The notes below the pieces were generated by a model. It saw only the letters and a list, made by a program, of their open reading frames with translations, made no database searches and was not told the origin of the DNA. Below are positions 45,058 to 54,453 of a stretch of 64,000 nt of DNA, one piece after another. The translations under genes were made by a program, and so were the position numbers. This DNA comes from Clostridia bacterium (lineage in GTDB: Bacteria > Bacillota > Clostridia > Saccharofermentanales > UBA5734), in contig JAXGZQ010000004.1 of the NCBI GenBank assembly GCA_040776905.1, positions 13,667-77,666 on the forward strand, written 5' to 3'. The stretch's first letter is position 1, and the number at the start of each line of letters is the position of its first letter.

Positions 45058-47085
45058 TTATTTAGCGTTGAGTCTGTTTTCCAGCTGCTTGTTGTACCAG
45101 TCGTTGTACCGACCTAATTCACTTCTAAATTGTTCCGGACCAGCATTCTGAATACTGCCATCCGGTTTCTTGATCAGGTTCTGACCATCTGGTGTACTTT
45201 GAAAAACTGTTCCGTCAGGCATGCTGACAACAGCTGAGCCATCGGGTGCAACCTGTGCTGAACGACCGTCTGGCAACTGCATATTTTCAGTGCCATCCGG
45301 GTTTTGCACAACAACAACCCCATCTTTCGTTCTGAAATCCATTGTTCCATCCGCATGATGAGTCATTGAAGCTTTATCGTTTTCGATTTTACAATAGCCA
45401 TCACTCTGATAAGTGCCTCTCATACCGTTCTCTTTGTCATCAAAACTGCCATTGCCATCTGCGTCCTTTTTCCAATAGGAATCATCTGCCATTTTGGCAT
45501 CCAATTCACCGGTCTGTGCGTTCCATTTGATGTAACTGCCATCAGGCTTTTGAAACTCACCATCACCGGTTTTGATATTACCTGAAAAAGTTGTTCCGTC
45601 ATCACCTTTGAAATTCACGCGGCCATCTGCGAATTCCTCGTATGAAACACCATTTGCCCCCACCATTTTCCGATTGCCGTAACTGTCTTCACGGTACCAG
45701 GATCCATCGTCATGCTGACCTTCTTTCGATCCATCGGGCTTGATGGTCCATGTGACATTTTCGATTCGAATCGTGCCTTCAATAGTTTGCCTTTCGACTT
45801 GGGTTCGTTCCAAACGTCCATCGGAATTAAGTCTGGTCACATCGACTGTTATTGTTTTTACGACCACACTTCCGCCATGAGGAGATGTATAAACATACGC
45901 ATCCGGATCCTCAGGATGTTTTGTTATAACCATACCGTTCGGCGTAACGACTGACAACACATCCATCTCCTCATTTCGAATGATTGTGATGCCATCGACT
46001 TTCTTTTCTGCAATTGTACCATCTGATTGCCATCCCCAGATTGAGCCATCTGGAGTTTTCATTGCCTCCAGGTCTCCATTCGGGAAATGTGTGGCGATTT
46101 CGCCTGTTGGATAAGTGATCTGAATATTGCCGTTTGGCAATTTCGATAAATGTTCTCCCTCCCGACCGACAACATATTCTGGATATCCTGGTATTTTGGA
46201 CTTTTCGTAAGCCGGATCCTTGTCGTCATCAGTCGGGACTGCATAATCAGCATCATTAGCTGGTGTTCCGCCTATCGCTGTGCCCAAAATTGCAGCTAAA
46301 GCAGCGGCGATGGAAACCGCGATGGTTGCCAAAGGCCCGGCGTGCGTCCAAGGATCTGTTTTATTCCCGTCTGTCTCGCTGTCTGTGGGTTCGCCTGGCT
46401 GTGTTTCTTTTCCCGGGCCTGTAATCACAGGGATATTATCTTTTAGCTCATAGATATAGTCCGTTCCAATCGCTAAAGACGCTATATTGAATTTTAACCG
46501 CAGTGCGATTCGGTCACCTCGCTTCCCCTCCGGCGCTATAGCCGTGATTTTAGTCTCGACAGAAGAGATCCCCTTCTGTGCATCAAGCGTTTGTTGCCAG
46601 CTTTCCGCGCTGCCTGTATTGTCTCTAAACGAGATATCGCTTGAGCTCGACCCGGTAAATGACTGCTCGGCATCGACAAATTTTGCATATCCATGAGCAA
46701 GGCCCGTCCACCCCGACAAGGTGTTTTCTGTTTCCGTCATAAAAACATCAAGCGTTACCGTTTCGCCGACATCAATGGTTTGGGGAGGTTCGTCAAACTC
46801 GCACCGCGCACCATAGGTTTCGCCGTGAACATATTTTTCATCGAAAACTTCTCTCGACTCCCCGTCATAAACCCTTCTAACGCTGTAGCTTCCACGACTG
46901 TATTCAAAGGTAAATGTGAATTCAGAATTCTCTTCGGTACTTTTTATAACCGACTGCTCGTAATCTTTAACATCCACAAGCACCCATGCATAATCACTCT
47001 TTTGGCTCCCAGCGGCCACGATTGTCGATGGTATTAGCAGGAAAACAAGTATAAAAATAAGGGAAAAAGCAAATTTACTCTTCAT
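45058..47085 (-). CDS. Type I membrane protein: signal peptide, ectodomain, one TM segment, and a cytoplasmic PDG-repeat (Tcp10_C/G-box- or MORN-like) domain
   Basis: ATG 47085 (MKSKFAFSLIFILVFLL) overlaps the upstream stop (ATGA). The TM segment is PLATIAVSIAAALAAILGTAIGG. The C-terminal approximately 370 aa contain many P/x-DG-S/T repeats (PDGSIWGW, KPDGSKEG, KPDGSYIKW, NPDGTENMQLPDGRSAQVAPDGSAVVSMPDGTVFQSTPDGQNLIKKPDGS). Confidence 0.65.
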   Translation of the reverse strand: MKSKFAFSLIFILVFLLIPSTIVAAGSQKSDYAWVLVDVKDYEQSVIKSTEENSEFTFTFEYSRGSYSVRRVYDGESREVFDEKYVHGETYGARCEFDEPPQTIDVGETVTLDVFMTETENTLSGWTGLAHGYAKFVDAEQSFTGSSSSDISFRDNTGSAESWQQTLDAQKGISSVETKITAIAPEGKRGDRIALRLKFNIASLAIGTDYIYELKDNIPVITGPGKETQPGEPTDSETDGNKTDPWTHAGPLATIAVSIAAALAAILGTAIGGTPANDADYAVPTDDDKDPAYEKSKIPGYPEYVVGREGEHLSKLPNGNIQITYPTGEIATHFPNGDLEAMKTPDGSIWGWQSDGTIAEKKVDGITIIRNEEMDVLSVVTPNGMVITKHPEDPDAYVYTSPHGGSVVVKTITVDVTRLNSDGRLERTQVERQTIEGTIRIENVTWTIKPDGSKEGQHDDGSWYREDSYGNRKMVGANGVSYEEFADGRVNFKGDDGTTFSGNIKTGDGEFQKPDGSYIKWNAQTGELDAKMADDSYWKKDADGNGSFDDKENGMRGTYQSDGYCKIENDKASMTHHADGTMDFRTKDGVVVVQNPDGTENMQLPDGRSAQVAPDGSAVVSMPDGTVFQSTPDGQNLIKKPDGSIQNAGPEQFRSELGRYNDWYNKQLENRLNAK

Positions 47086-47969
47086 GCTGTTGCCACCGCC
47101 TTTCCAGGTTTGATAACAATTTGAAAAACCAGTCCGATCAGTATCAGCAAACCACCAATCATATAAGGTATATATGCTACCAAAGTGTGATTTGGCCACG
47201 GCACAGCAGACAAAGCCACACCAGAAGCGCTTCCTATTGCATAGCCTGTCATTATTCTGCTAACAATCTTCTGAGATGCTGCTCCTGTCCGTGATTTGTT
47301 TCGAACTAACAAAAGCAATAACCCCCATAGAAAGCCTCCCTTTCTTATGATCGAACGTATCGCCAATACCAGTCCTACCACACCCGCCATGCTGTTGATG
47401 ATATTCGCGTTACCGGTGATAAAATTGTAAATGACAAGCGCTAAGCCTAAACCGATAACCAACGGAGATACTGCGCTTGCTTTGTCATCATCCGGGCCTC
47501 GACCGGTGTTGCTGCCCGTTCTGCGAAACGGTTTTTTGCTGCTAAACAGCGGTAAAATCAGTGCGCTGATGAAATAAGCGTAGATTGCTTTGCCGATCAC
47601 TCCGCCAATTGCTCCCCATATGCCGCCGAACATGCCGCCCTGAGCGAATGTTAACAGAGAAAGTATTTTAACTGGCAATGGATTCACACCAAACACCGGC
47701 AAAATCGCGAGAATTAGCCAGGACACACTCAGGACGGCAACGGGAATCAGCTGCTTGGGATTTTTGAAAAGTTGTTGCAAAGAACTCTTTCCGGCTCTTA
47801 ACCGTTCGTGTAAATAGCCAGACAACCCTAGTTCTTTTTGATTATGTTTTACTTCAGACTGGTTATCCTTAGGCGGCAACATAACCGCCTGAGTTCTCAT
47901 ACCGCAGGCGTTACAGAACTGATCGTCTGGTTTAAGGGATGCACCGCAGTTTGTGCAAAATTGACCCAT
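47082..47969 (-). CDS. N-terminal zinc-ribbon, polytopic membrane protein
   Basis: GGAGGG RBS. The N-terminus is MGQFCTNCGASLKPDDQFCNACG, followed by about six hydrophobic segments rich in GxxxG. Confidence 0.65.
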   Translation of the reverse strand: MGQFCTNCGASLKPDDQFCNACGMRTQAVMLPPKDNQSEVKHNQKELGLSGYLHERLRAGKSSLQQLFKNPKQLIPVAVLSVSWLILAILPVFGVNPLPVKILSLLTFAQGGMFGGIWGAIGGVIGKAIYAYFISALILPLFSSKKPFRRTGSNTGRGPDDDKASAVSPLVIGLGLALVIYNFITGNANIINSMAGVVGLVLAIRSIIRKGGFLWGLLLLLVRNKSRTGAASQKIVSRIMTGYAIGSASGVALSAVPWPNHTLVAYIPYMIGGLLILIGLVFQIVIKPGKAVATA

Positions 47970-48017
47970 CTATCAAACCCTCCTCTGACATGCTAAATAG
48001 CCGACGCGATCATTGAA

Positions 48018-49229
48018 TTATTTGAACAAAGGCAACCGGCAGGATTTGCAGGTATCACTTGTGATATCATTTATTGTTCCGCAAATATTGCAAAACAGCA
48101 CGGAATCTCTGGACTTATCATATTTCTCATATGTACTGAAAGCCATATGACAGCGGACCCGGTCGCCAATATTGAGGTAGTCATATAGCGCACGGTTGTC
48201 AGTATAGTTGAGTTTATGCTTCTTTCCGTTGTCTTCTGTCAGAACAAGGGTATAAACCGTCCTGTATCGAGTGTGGCTGTCATCTTGGTCGTGTTCAACT
48301 TTCTGTCTGTGTTTCTTATCGGTTACAGTGCCATCCCATGTGCCTGATTTCATACGAGATATCCGCACAAGGCCGATCAACAGCATGAGTAACCCTAAGC
48401 CGATGCCAATAATGATTGCCTCGTTCAATGGCAGATCATCCGTAAGATTACCGGCTATAAAGAAACCGACGGGAAAAGCAATCGTGAGGAACACGGTGAA
48501 GATCCAGGCAGCTTTCTTGTTCTTTGCTGCCCTTGCCAGGACGGCCGGTTCAAGATGTCGATTCGTCCAGCCGACAAGGGATTGCTGGCGGTCCTGCCGA
48601 AAATCAGATACCTGCTGTCGGACATCTGATTGTACAGCATTTCCGCATGCTGAGCAGAAACGAGTGCTTTCTGAAATCGCAGCCCCACATTTTGAACAAA
48701 ACTTACCCATGTTACCCTCCGTATGATATCGTTCCTCGATCGAGTCATCATAATCAGTTATTGGCTGAAAATTTAGATCTCCAGTATTGGCTGTTTTTCG
48801 TTGTTTGTTGCTTTTCCCTTGTCTGCTATTCATCACGACCAAACAAAACGCACCAGCTGCAAACATGACCAATTGCCCGAGGTTAGGTCTTGCAGTATCC
48901 TCCAGTGTATTGATGAATGGAGCGAAAGAGAAATACCGCACCTTATTTTCGACCGATACGTTTGTTGCGCTGCCAAGCTTCGTGAGATGGCCTTCATAGA
49001 TTAGGCCACTATCTGCTGTAAATGTATAATCAACATACCAGGTATAGCGATTTTCGTTGACAGCACCCTGCCTTTCACCACCATATCGGCGTGTAGATAT
49101 TGAAGCTGTAGCATGTAAGCCAACAATATACAGCATCAGGTTACTTAGCGCCATTATCATCAGCGCGAGCCCGACAGCCGATATAATGACGCGCCAGAAT
49201 ATGCTTTTCTGATGTGCTGCGCTCATCAA
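48018..49229 (-). CDS. Membrane protein with a DUF3592-like N-terminal module and two zinc ribbons
   Basis: The N-terminal module is TM, beta region, TM. The internal ribbon is FCSKCGAAISESTRFCSACG. Two more TM segments follow, then a soluble domain ending in FCNICGTINDITSDTCKSCR. Confidence 0.6.
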   Translation of the reverse strand: MMSAAHQKSIFWRVIISAVGLALMIMALSNLMLYIVGLHATASISTRRYGGERQGAVNENRYTWYVDYTFTADSGLIYEGHLTKLGSATNVSVENKVRYFSFAPFINTLEDTARPNLGQLVMFAAGAFCLVVMNSRQGKSNKQRKTANTGDLNFQPITDYDDSIEERYHTEGNMGKFCSKCGAAISESTRFCSACGNAVQSDVRQQVSDFRQDRQQSLVGWTNRHLEPAVLARAAKNKKAAWIFTVFLTIAFPVGFFIAGNLTDDLPLNEAIIIGIGLGLLMLLIGLVRISRMKSGTWDGTVTDKKHRQKVEHDQDDSHTRYRTVYTLVLTEDNGKKHKLNYTDNRALYDYLNIGDRVRCHMAFSTYEKYDKSRDSVLFCNICGTINDITSDTCKSCRLPLFK

Positions 49230-49903
49230 TTAGCCGTCGCATAGATATTTCTCATGAAGACAAACTGGCCTTCATCAAAAGTAAGCGTTATGGATCCAAA
49301 TGGATCTACCTGTGTTTGAGAAATCAAAGATCCCTCTTTATTTTCCAAGTCACTCATGACAGCTAAATGTGTCCAGCTTTTGCTCATCCCGCTATAGGTT
49401 TTTATCAAATAAGATCCAGCCGGTATATCTTGACCAACTTCGTAGAGGCCACTTAAATAGATACCGTCCTCGTTCTTTATAGGAACTACATCCTCAGCCT
49501 TGTATATAATGAGGTTTTCTGAAAGCAGAATCTGGCCGCGTTTAAGCGTCACTTTTACACAAGCGTCGAATTCAGATCCTTCGATTAGCGAACCTTTGCT
49601 TTCACTATCCTCGTTATAATTGAAAAGCTCGTATTTCCCCTTTGTTCCACATTCAAATGCCACTAAAACATAATCACCTGCTGGAAGATCTGGCCCAATC
49701 ACATCATCAAAATAGTTTTGCCTATACCAAACAGTGATATCAGGTGCAGGAAGTTGTGTTTCAATTGGTGCGGTCGTATTCGTATTATTGATATTCGCTG
49801 AGGTTGTAGTGGTCGTTGTACTCGATTTTGGAGCGGCACAGGATGAAAGTAAAAACAGCAAGGCAGTTAATATTGTTATAAAATATAACGATTGACGCTT
49901 CAT
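49226..49903 (-). CDS. Lipoprotein with two tandem (D/G)xPAGxY beta-domains
   Basis: Lipobox LLSSCA and a Thr/Asn linker. The duplicated motifs are GPDLPAGDYVLV and GQDIPAGSYLIK. There is an ATGA overlap with the next gene. Confidence 0.6.
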   Translation of the reverse strand: MKRQSLYFITILTALLFLLSSCAAPKSSTTTTTTSANINNTNTTAPIETQLPAPDITVWYRQNYFDDVIGPDLPAGDYVLVAFECGTKGKYELFNYNEDSESKGSLIEGSEFDACVKVTLKRGQILLSENLIIYKAEDVVPIKNEDGIYLSGLYEVGQDIPAGSYLIKTYSGMSKSWTHLAVMSDLENKEGSLISQTQVDPFGSITLTFDEGQFVFMRNIYATAN

Positions 49904-50185
49904 AAATTGTCCAGCCTTTCTGAAGTAGCTTTATATATTTTACCAAAAACAAGCAACTGCATAAAGATGCTTTCAAATCATCATAATGCATATTGGGAAT
50001 TGTCGATCACATGTTTTATAATGATGCTAAATACCGTGCAGCAGTTTATTTGAAAGTGGGTGACGTAAGCAATATGACAAGAAGAATTTCTGATGATTTT
50101 GACGATTATGAAAATTATTGAAGGATAGATTCATGCCTGATGTTTTAGGTTAACCCACCCTCAATAACCGGTCAATAAAACCTCG

Positions 50186-50287
50186 TTGGTGTCAAATGAA
50201 CAGACAAACCAGACAGCAGAACGAATTTATGGTAAGTGTGGAAGCCCGATATCAACTGGTAGCCAAATCTGTGCGAAATACGGATAA
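50186..50287 (+). other. Decayed zinc-ribbon coding remnant
   Basis: My translation reads ...NEQTNQTAERIYGKCGSPISTGSQICAKYG*. It follows the FCxxCG-x10-FCxxCG pattern of the neighbouring genes, but Tyr replaces the first and fourth Cys (TAT/TAC instead of TGT/TGC). Confidence 0.35.
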
Positions 50288-50305
50288 AAAGTAGGAGACC
50301 AACAT

Positions 50306-51640
50306 ATGCGAGTGAAGACTGTTTTATTCATCACCATTATTTCAACCATTTTGCTTTTTTGTACACCCGTTCAAGCCTTTAATTCCTGGGACATTCCCGG
50401 GACCTATGCGGTCACGAGTGAAAATCCGGCAACCTTTGTCATTGCTTTTGTCGAAGATCACAAGACAGGCAGCAATATGACGGTTACGATGATTCGTGAA
50501 GACAGCGATGGATCTGTTAGCGAAAGCCCGCCGCTTGCGTTCTATTATGATAACGTGAAAGGTGAAGCATATCATTTGCAACAAGTTGGCGATAAGCTTT
50601 TCGATGACTGGATGTATATCAAGTTTGATTTCTCTGGATATGCCATGCGCGGCGAGGGCTATATGCGCTGGGGAGAAAAGGGTGAAGAAAAAATCCCCTT
50701 TACAATGGTCAGGACGGATGGGGAAGCCAATAAAAAATGGCCTTCAGCAGGACTCATTGAAGTCCCGAGAGACGAAAAAGGGAACCCTATTGATTGTGGC
50801 CACAGAATTAGCGATATATCAGGAGAAGTGCGTATCCGGCCGGGGGATGACGTGCTGGCCTGGGGTATGGCAGAATTGGATATGACTCTCTATCACGGCG
50901 ATGTCATGCGTTTGGAAAGAGGGGCGGAGGTTCACTTCATAACGAACGACTTAGTGCCTTTTGTAATCAGAGGTCCGGCGGAGATCATCGTATCTTTAGG
51001 TCCTGGTGAAGAAGAAAACAAACTGCTGCTATTGGCTGGTAAGGTGATCAGAAACGTGAAAAAAATGGTAATGGAAGGAACCTTGGAATTTGAAATGAGC
51101 CAGGGAGTTGCCGGAATCAAAGGCACAACCTTTGTCATGGAAGAAGACGGAACGACATCTACCCTTAAAGTGCTGGAAGGAACCGTTTCCTTTAAACCAA
51201 CCAACGGAGAGGAACTCATTCTGACCGACGGACAGATGGTATCTGCTACGAATGGCCTAGCCGGTGAAATCACCAAGTTTTCTATAAATGACGAGCTTTC
51301 CAATTGGAGCGAAAAGACCAGGTTGATCTTTGGGCAGATTCTTCAAGAAGCCGGACACGTTTCGGAGAATGAACCTGAAGATATAACTTCTGATAAAGGA
51401 AATGGTAATCGTTCCACAATCATGATTTATATGTTCGTGATTGTCATCTTGCTCATTGCGGGTGTAATGACTGGATTGATTGTTTCCAGAAAAAAGAGAA
51501 CAAAGCCACAAGCTGCAGTGGCTAATGGGTCAAGATTGCGGACAATGCATAATCCTTTGCCTAGATTCTGTAGTCACTGTGGCAGCCAGATTAGCGCTGA
51601 GAATGCTTTTTGTGGAACTTGTGGTCAAAGGATTCATTGA
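50306..51640 (+). CDS. FecR-domain ectoprotein with a C-terminal TM segment and cytoplasmic zinc ribbon
   Basis: AGGAG RBS and a signal peptide. The FecR-like blocks are GEVRIRPGDDVLAWGMAEL...GDVMRLERGAEVHF and GIKGTTFVMEEDGTTSTLKVLEGTVSF. The TM segment is IMIYMFVIVILLIAGVMTGLIV, followed by RFCSHCGSQISAENAFCGTCG. Confidence 0.7.
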   Translation: MRVKTVLFITIISTILLFCTPVQAFNSWDIPGTYAVTSENPATFVIAFVEDHKTGSNMTVTMIREDSDGSVSESPPLAFYYDNVKGEAYHLQQVGDKLFDDWMYIKFDFSGYAMRGEGYMRWGEKGEEKIPFTMVRTDGEANKKWPSAGLIEVPRDEKGNPIDCGHRISDISGEVRIRPGDDVLAWGMAELDMTLYHGDVMRLERGAEVHFITNDLVPFVIRGPAEIIVSLGPGEEENKLLLLAGKVIRNVKKMVMEGTLEFEMSQGVAGIKGTTFVMEEDGTTSTLKVLEGTVSFKPTNGEELILTDGQMVSATNGLAGEITKFSINDELSNWSEKTRLIFGQILQEAGHVSENEPEDITSDKGNGNRSTIMIYMFVIVILLIAGVMTGLIVSRKKRTKPQAAVANGSRLRTMHNPLPRFCSHCGSQISAENAFCGTCGQRIH

Positions 51641-51880
51641 GGACAATGAATAACAAAAGCTCCACCATCATATGGGGTCTGGAATTATTCTGAATCAGAA
51701 TTGGATTGCATAAACTTGCAGTTCATCTGTTGAAGCGCCTTTGTTGGGTTGATAAAGCAGGCAAGGTCAACGTGCTACTAAGTATTTGTATACTTGTTCC
51801 TTACGAGGTCGTCAAAATCGTACCTTGACTTCTGCACGCCTTCGAGGGATTACTACAATAAAAAATCGAAGGGTGATGTA

Positions 51881-53101
51881 ATGCCAGCCAATCATGTGCA
51901 AATAAAGACGGTTAAGGAGCTTAGGCGTAAACCACGATCTGTTTCGGATTCCCGTCTAATCCGAGTCTGTGCCTATATCCGAGTCTCGACTGGACATGAA
52001 AAGCAACAGGACTCTTTACATAGCCAAGCTGAATATTATGAACAAAGATTATCCATAAACCCGCAATACCAGTTTGTCGGCATCTTTTCGGACTCGGGCA
52101 TCTCAGGATCCAAGGAGAATCGACCTGCCTTTCAGAAGATGATCGAGAAGGCAAAGGCAGGCAAGATCGATCTCATCTACACCAAGTCCATCTCCCGGTT
52201 TGCACGAAACACCCTGATTCTCTTGAAAACAGTCCGTGAGCTCAAGTCAATCGGTGTGGGGATTATATTCGAAGAGCAAAATATCAACACGTTAAACGCT
52301 GAAGGCGAGCTGATGTTGTCCGTGCTGGCCGGTATTGCCGAGGAGGAACGCCGGTCAGTACGTACCGATATACAATGGTCTATCCAGCGCAGATACCAGC
52401 GTGGTGAAGTCGTGGTTGATACCAATCGCCTGTTGGGTTATGGCAAGGATGAATCAAAGAACCTGATCATTATTCCAGAGGAAGCTGAGATCATCCGTCA
52501 AATATTCCAGCTATATCTGTCAGGCGTTTCCGCTTACAAAATAGCCAAGATCCTGACTGATCAGAATAATCCATACTGCCAGGCCAAGGTCTGGAATTCG
52601 ACTCGCATTACCAGCATCCTCTCCAACGAAAAATACGCCGGCTCTTTCCTGATGCAAAAAAGTTATGTCAATGAAAATGGCAAACAGGTCAAAAACCATG
52701 GCGAGCGTGCGAAATATTGGATCGAGCATGCACATGAAGCAATTATCTCCCAGTCAGATTGGGACCAGGCTCAACAGATCAGGAAAGAACGTGCCCGCAA
52801 GACTTATCCCTACACCAGTTTGCTGCGTTGTTCCTATTGCGGCAGTACGCTGATTCGATATGTTCATCAGAAGCGTTGGGTTAGTTGGATCTGCGGTCGA
52901 TCTCTGAGTCAGGGAATATCTTCCTGCATCGGCTCCCGAATTTCCGAAACATGCTTGGTTGCCTTAACCAAAGAAAAGCCCATAACAGAACCCGTGATCG
53001 TCGAGGAGGTACGACAAGATGAAAACCGCAAGCAAACCCGCCAAAAAGATTACCGTTTTATCCCTGTCACCGCCAACCCAGCCAGTAAACCCGGAAGTTA
53101 G
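51881..53101 (+). CDS. Large serine recombinase (short form, 406 aa)
   Basis: RVCAYIRVST catalytic Ser block, YTKSISRFARNT, a recombinase domain, and the Zn-ribbon CSYCGSTL...WICG. I place the start at ATG 51881. Confidence 0.9.
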   Translation: MPANHVQIKTVKELRRKPRSVSDSRLIRVCAYIRVSTGHEKQQDSLHSQAEYYEQRLSINPQYQFVGIFSDSGISGSKENRPAFQKMIEKAKAGKIDLIYTKSISRFARNTLILLKTVRELKSIGVGIIFEEQNINTLNAEGELMLSVLAGIAEEERRSVRTDIQWSIQRRYQRGEVVVDTNRLLGYGKDESKNLIIIPEEAEIIRQIFQLYLSGVSAYKIAKILTDQNNPYCQAKVWNSTRITSILSNEKYAGSFLMQKSYVNENGKQVKNHGERAKYWIEHAHEAIISQSDWDQAQQIRKERARKTYPYTSLLRCSYCGSTLIRYVHQKRWVSWICGRSLSQGISSCIGSRISETCLVALTKEKPITEPVIVEEVRQDENRKQTRQKDYRFIPVTANPASKPGS

Positions 53102-54443
53102 GAGAAAGCTGAGGGTGGCAGCCTACTGCCGGGTATCCAGTTCCAGTGATGAGCAGCTATCCAGTTACCAGGCGCAGCTCCGAAATTACGACCAATATAT
53201 CCGGTCCAGACCGGATTTTTCCCTGACAGGCATATTCGCTGATGAAGGCATATCTGGCACAGACCTAAAAAAGCGAACTGCCTTTAATGAAATGATGCAA
53301 AAGGCCAGAGAAGGCCAGATTGATCTGATCATAACCAAGAGCATCTCCCGATTTGGTCGAAACACACTGGATTGCCTGAAATGCATACGCGAACTAAAGC
53401 AGTTGAATGTGGACGTGTTTTTTGAAAAGGAAAACGTCCATAGTAATAATAAAGATGGAGAAATTCTGCTGACCTTGATTTCTGCGGTTGCTCAAAATGA
53501 AAGCATGAACCAGTCTGAGAATGTAAAATGGGGTATCCGTCGAAAGTACGAACGCAAGTCCGTCAGGAGTGTCCCATCTGGTAAATTCCTGGGCTACCGA
53601 AAGGACCAGCAAGGAAACCTCATCATCAACGAACAACAGGCAGAGACTGTCAAGCGGATCTATCAGGCATTTCTACACGGGCTTGGAACCTTCCAGATCG
53701 CGACTATTCTGACAAAAGAGAATGTACCAATGGCCTATGGCGGGAAAGAGTGGTGTGCAAGCCATATTCTGAAAGTACTGATGAATGAAAAATACCAAGG
53801 TGACACCCGATTCCAGAAGACTTTCAATACGGATTACCTGACCAAACACCGGGCGAAAAACCTGGGCCAATTACCTCAACCTTATCTCAAGGATTCCCAT
53901 CCGGCCATTATCGACCGTAAGACCTGGTCGCTTGTTCAGCTGGAGCTAGTACGCCAGAAGCAGTTTGTTGATTGTCATAGCATCGATAAATTTCATCATC
54001 ATAGTGAACAGTGCCCACTTTCGGGAAAAATCTTCTGCCAGACTTGTGGTCATCCGTTCGCGTTAAGGCAGTCGTTTCGAAAGCGTAATTATGGTCAGAA
54101 ATACTGGGTTTGCCGAGAATATAGAGCGGGCCGATATGGACCTGTTGGGCCAGACTGTTGCAGTAATGGTCATCGCGTCCCTGCTGAAGACATCGATCGT
54201 GTCATTATAAGCAGCTGGAACGAGCTGGTTGATCGCAGGAGAGACTTACTACGATCAACGGGCAAAACAGGTGATCAACTGACAGATTATCGGATCATGG
54301 ATTTGAAACGTCAGGTTAGAAAATATGGACACTTAAGGGTCATGGCATATGACCTATTGATCCGCGTACTTGATCATGTTGAAATCAGAGCAGACGGAAA
54401 GCTTTCAGTCATTTTTCTGGCCGGTATCCGATTGGACCGGTGA
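53019..54443 (+). CDS. Large serine recombinase (474 aa, TnpX/TndX-like C-terminus)
   Basis: GAGGAGG at 53003-53009 precedes ATG 53019. Motifs are RVAAYCRVSS and ITKSISRFGRNT, with the Zn-ribbon CQTCGHPF...WVCREY. It overlaps the upstream gene by 83 nt. Confidence 0.9.
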   Translation: MKTASKPAKKITVLSLSPPTQPVNPEVRRKLRVAAYCRVSSSSDEQLSSYQAQLRNYDQYIRSRPDFSLTGIFADEGISGTDLKKRTAFNEMMQKAREGQIDLIITKSISRFGRNTLDCLKCIRELKQLNVDVFFEKENVHSNNKDGEILLTLISAVAQNESMNQSENVKWGIRRKYERKSVRSVPSGKFLGYRKDQQGNLIINEQQAETVKRIYQAFLHGLGTFQIATILTKENVPMAYGGKEWCASHILKVLMNEKYQGDTRFQKTFNTDYLTKHRAKNLGQLPQPYLKDSHPAIIDRKTWSLVQLELVRQKQFVDCHSIDKFHHHSEQCPLSGKIFCQTCGHPFALRQSFRKRNYGQKYWVCREYRAGRYGPVGPDCCSNGHRVPAEDIDRVIISSWNELVDRRRDLLRSTGKTGDQLTDYRIMDLKRQVRKYGHLRVMAYDLLIRVLDHVEIRADGKLSVIFLAGIRLDR

Positions 54444-54453
54444 GCACAAGCTA

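Larger units (their letters stand above)
43869..54443. mobile_element. AT-rich genomic island ending in a pair of large serine recombinase genes (boundaries provisional)
   Basis: There is a sharp visible composition drop; for example 43921-43980 has 12 G+C in 60 nt. The cargo has no core functions, and the two LSR genes sit at the right end. Confidence 0.4.

Noticed and set aside
47086-47199. 38-codon N-terminal extension of the PDG-repeat protein ORF.
   Set aside because: It overlaps the upstream gene. The ATG at 47085 gives a canonical signal peptide and an ATGA coupling junction.
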